A DNA stretch of 64,000 bases from Callorhinchus milii. Taxonomy: Eukaryota. Location of the stretch: positions 8,248,001 through 8,312,000 of the forward strand of contig NW_024704743.1 in NCBI RefSeq assembly GCF_018977255.1, written 5' to 3'. Shown piece by piece: positions 63,714 through 64,000 of this stretch. The number at the start of each line of letters is the position of its first letter. The first letter of the stretch is position 1. Below the pieces are notes generated by a model, which was not told the origin of the DNA, did no database searches, and saw only the letters and a program-made list of their open reading frames with translations. The position numbers and the translations under genes are program-made.

Positions 63714-64000
63714 GGGATTACATTTTTAAAGTTTATCATAACGTACAGTCTAACAAAAGCTATTACCCTGAAACGTTTAGGGTAATTATTACTCTATCAC
63801 CCTGAAATGTTTTCCCTTCACAAGGGAAACAACGTTGCTCACAAGATTATTTTGCAGTTTATATTTTTTTTAAAAACACGTACAAGTGATAGAACTGGAA
63901 GGACAAACAGGTTTGGTATAATATTTGCTTGGCCAACTGACAGCAATAAGACAGTATGTCTGCAAAACTATGCTCAGCGCTGTCAAACACAAATGTCAAA

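Noticed and set aside
33447..64000. ARHGAP12 SH3-encoding first coding exon or a second host gene
   Set aside because: No SH3-like peptide or credible multi-exon ORF was found. The region reads as one long repeat-rich intron, although non-coding or very small exons cannot be excluded.

Overview
Vertebrate genomic DNA. The tRNA/Deu-domain SINE, L2 and CR1 repertoire suggests a cartilaginous fish, probably a chimaera; this is inferred from repeat content only. The whole window appears to lie within one minus-strand gene, an ARHGAP12 orthologue. I read 13 core coding exons between 1297 and 33446 (WW-WW-PH and the start of RhoGAP), all with GT-AG ends and compatible phases. The SH3-coding exon and the last RhoGAP exons were not found and presumably lie outside the window. 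The introns are packed with SINEs, L2 and CR1 fragments, including a decayed near-full-length CR1 with nested insertions, and carry a 34-bp G-rich minisatellite. The most interesting observations are: three candidate alternative exons (a 93-nt in-frame cassette in the PH domain with downstream RBFOX motifs, an 11-nt frameshifting microexon, and an extra 84-nt exon); two non-autonomous Helitron-like elements with different middles; a SINE that seems to combine CORE-like and Deu-like domains; an unclassified A-tailed repeat family; and an ETS/FOX:ETS motif cluster. I found no convincing evidence of a novel multi-gene system. Repeat boundaries are approximate and read by eye.
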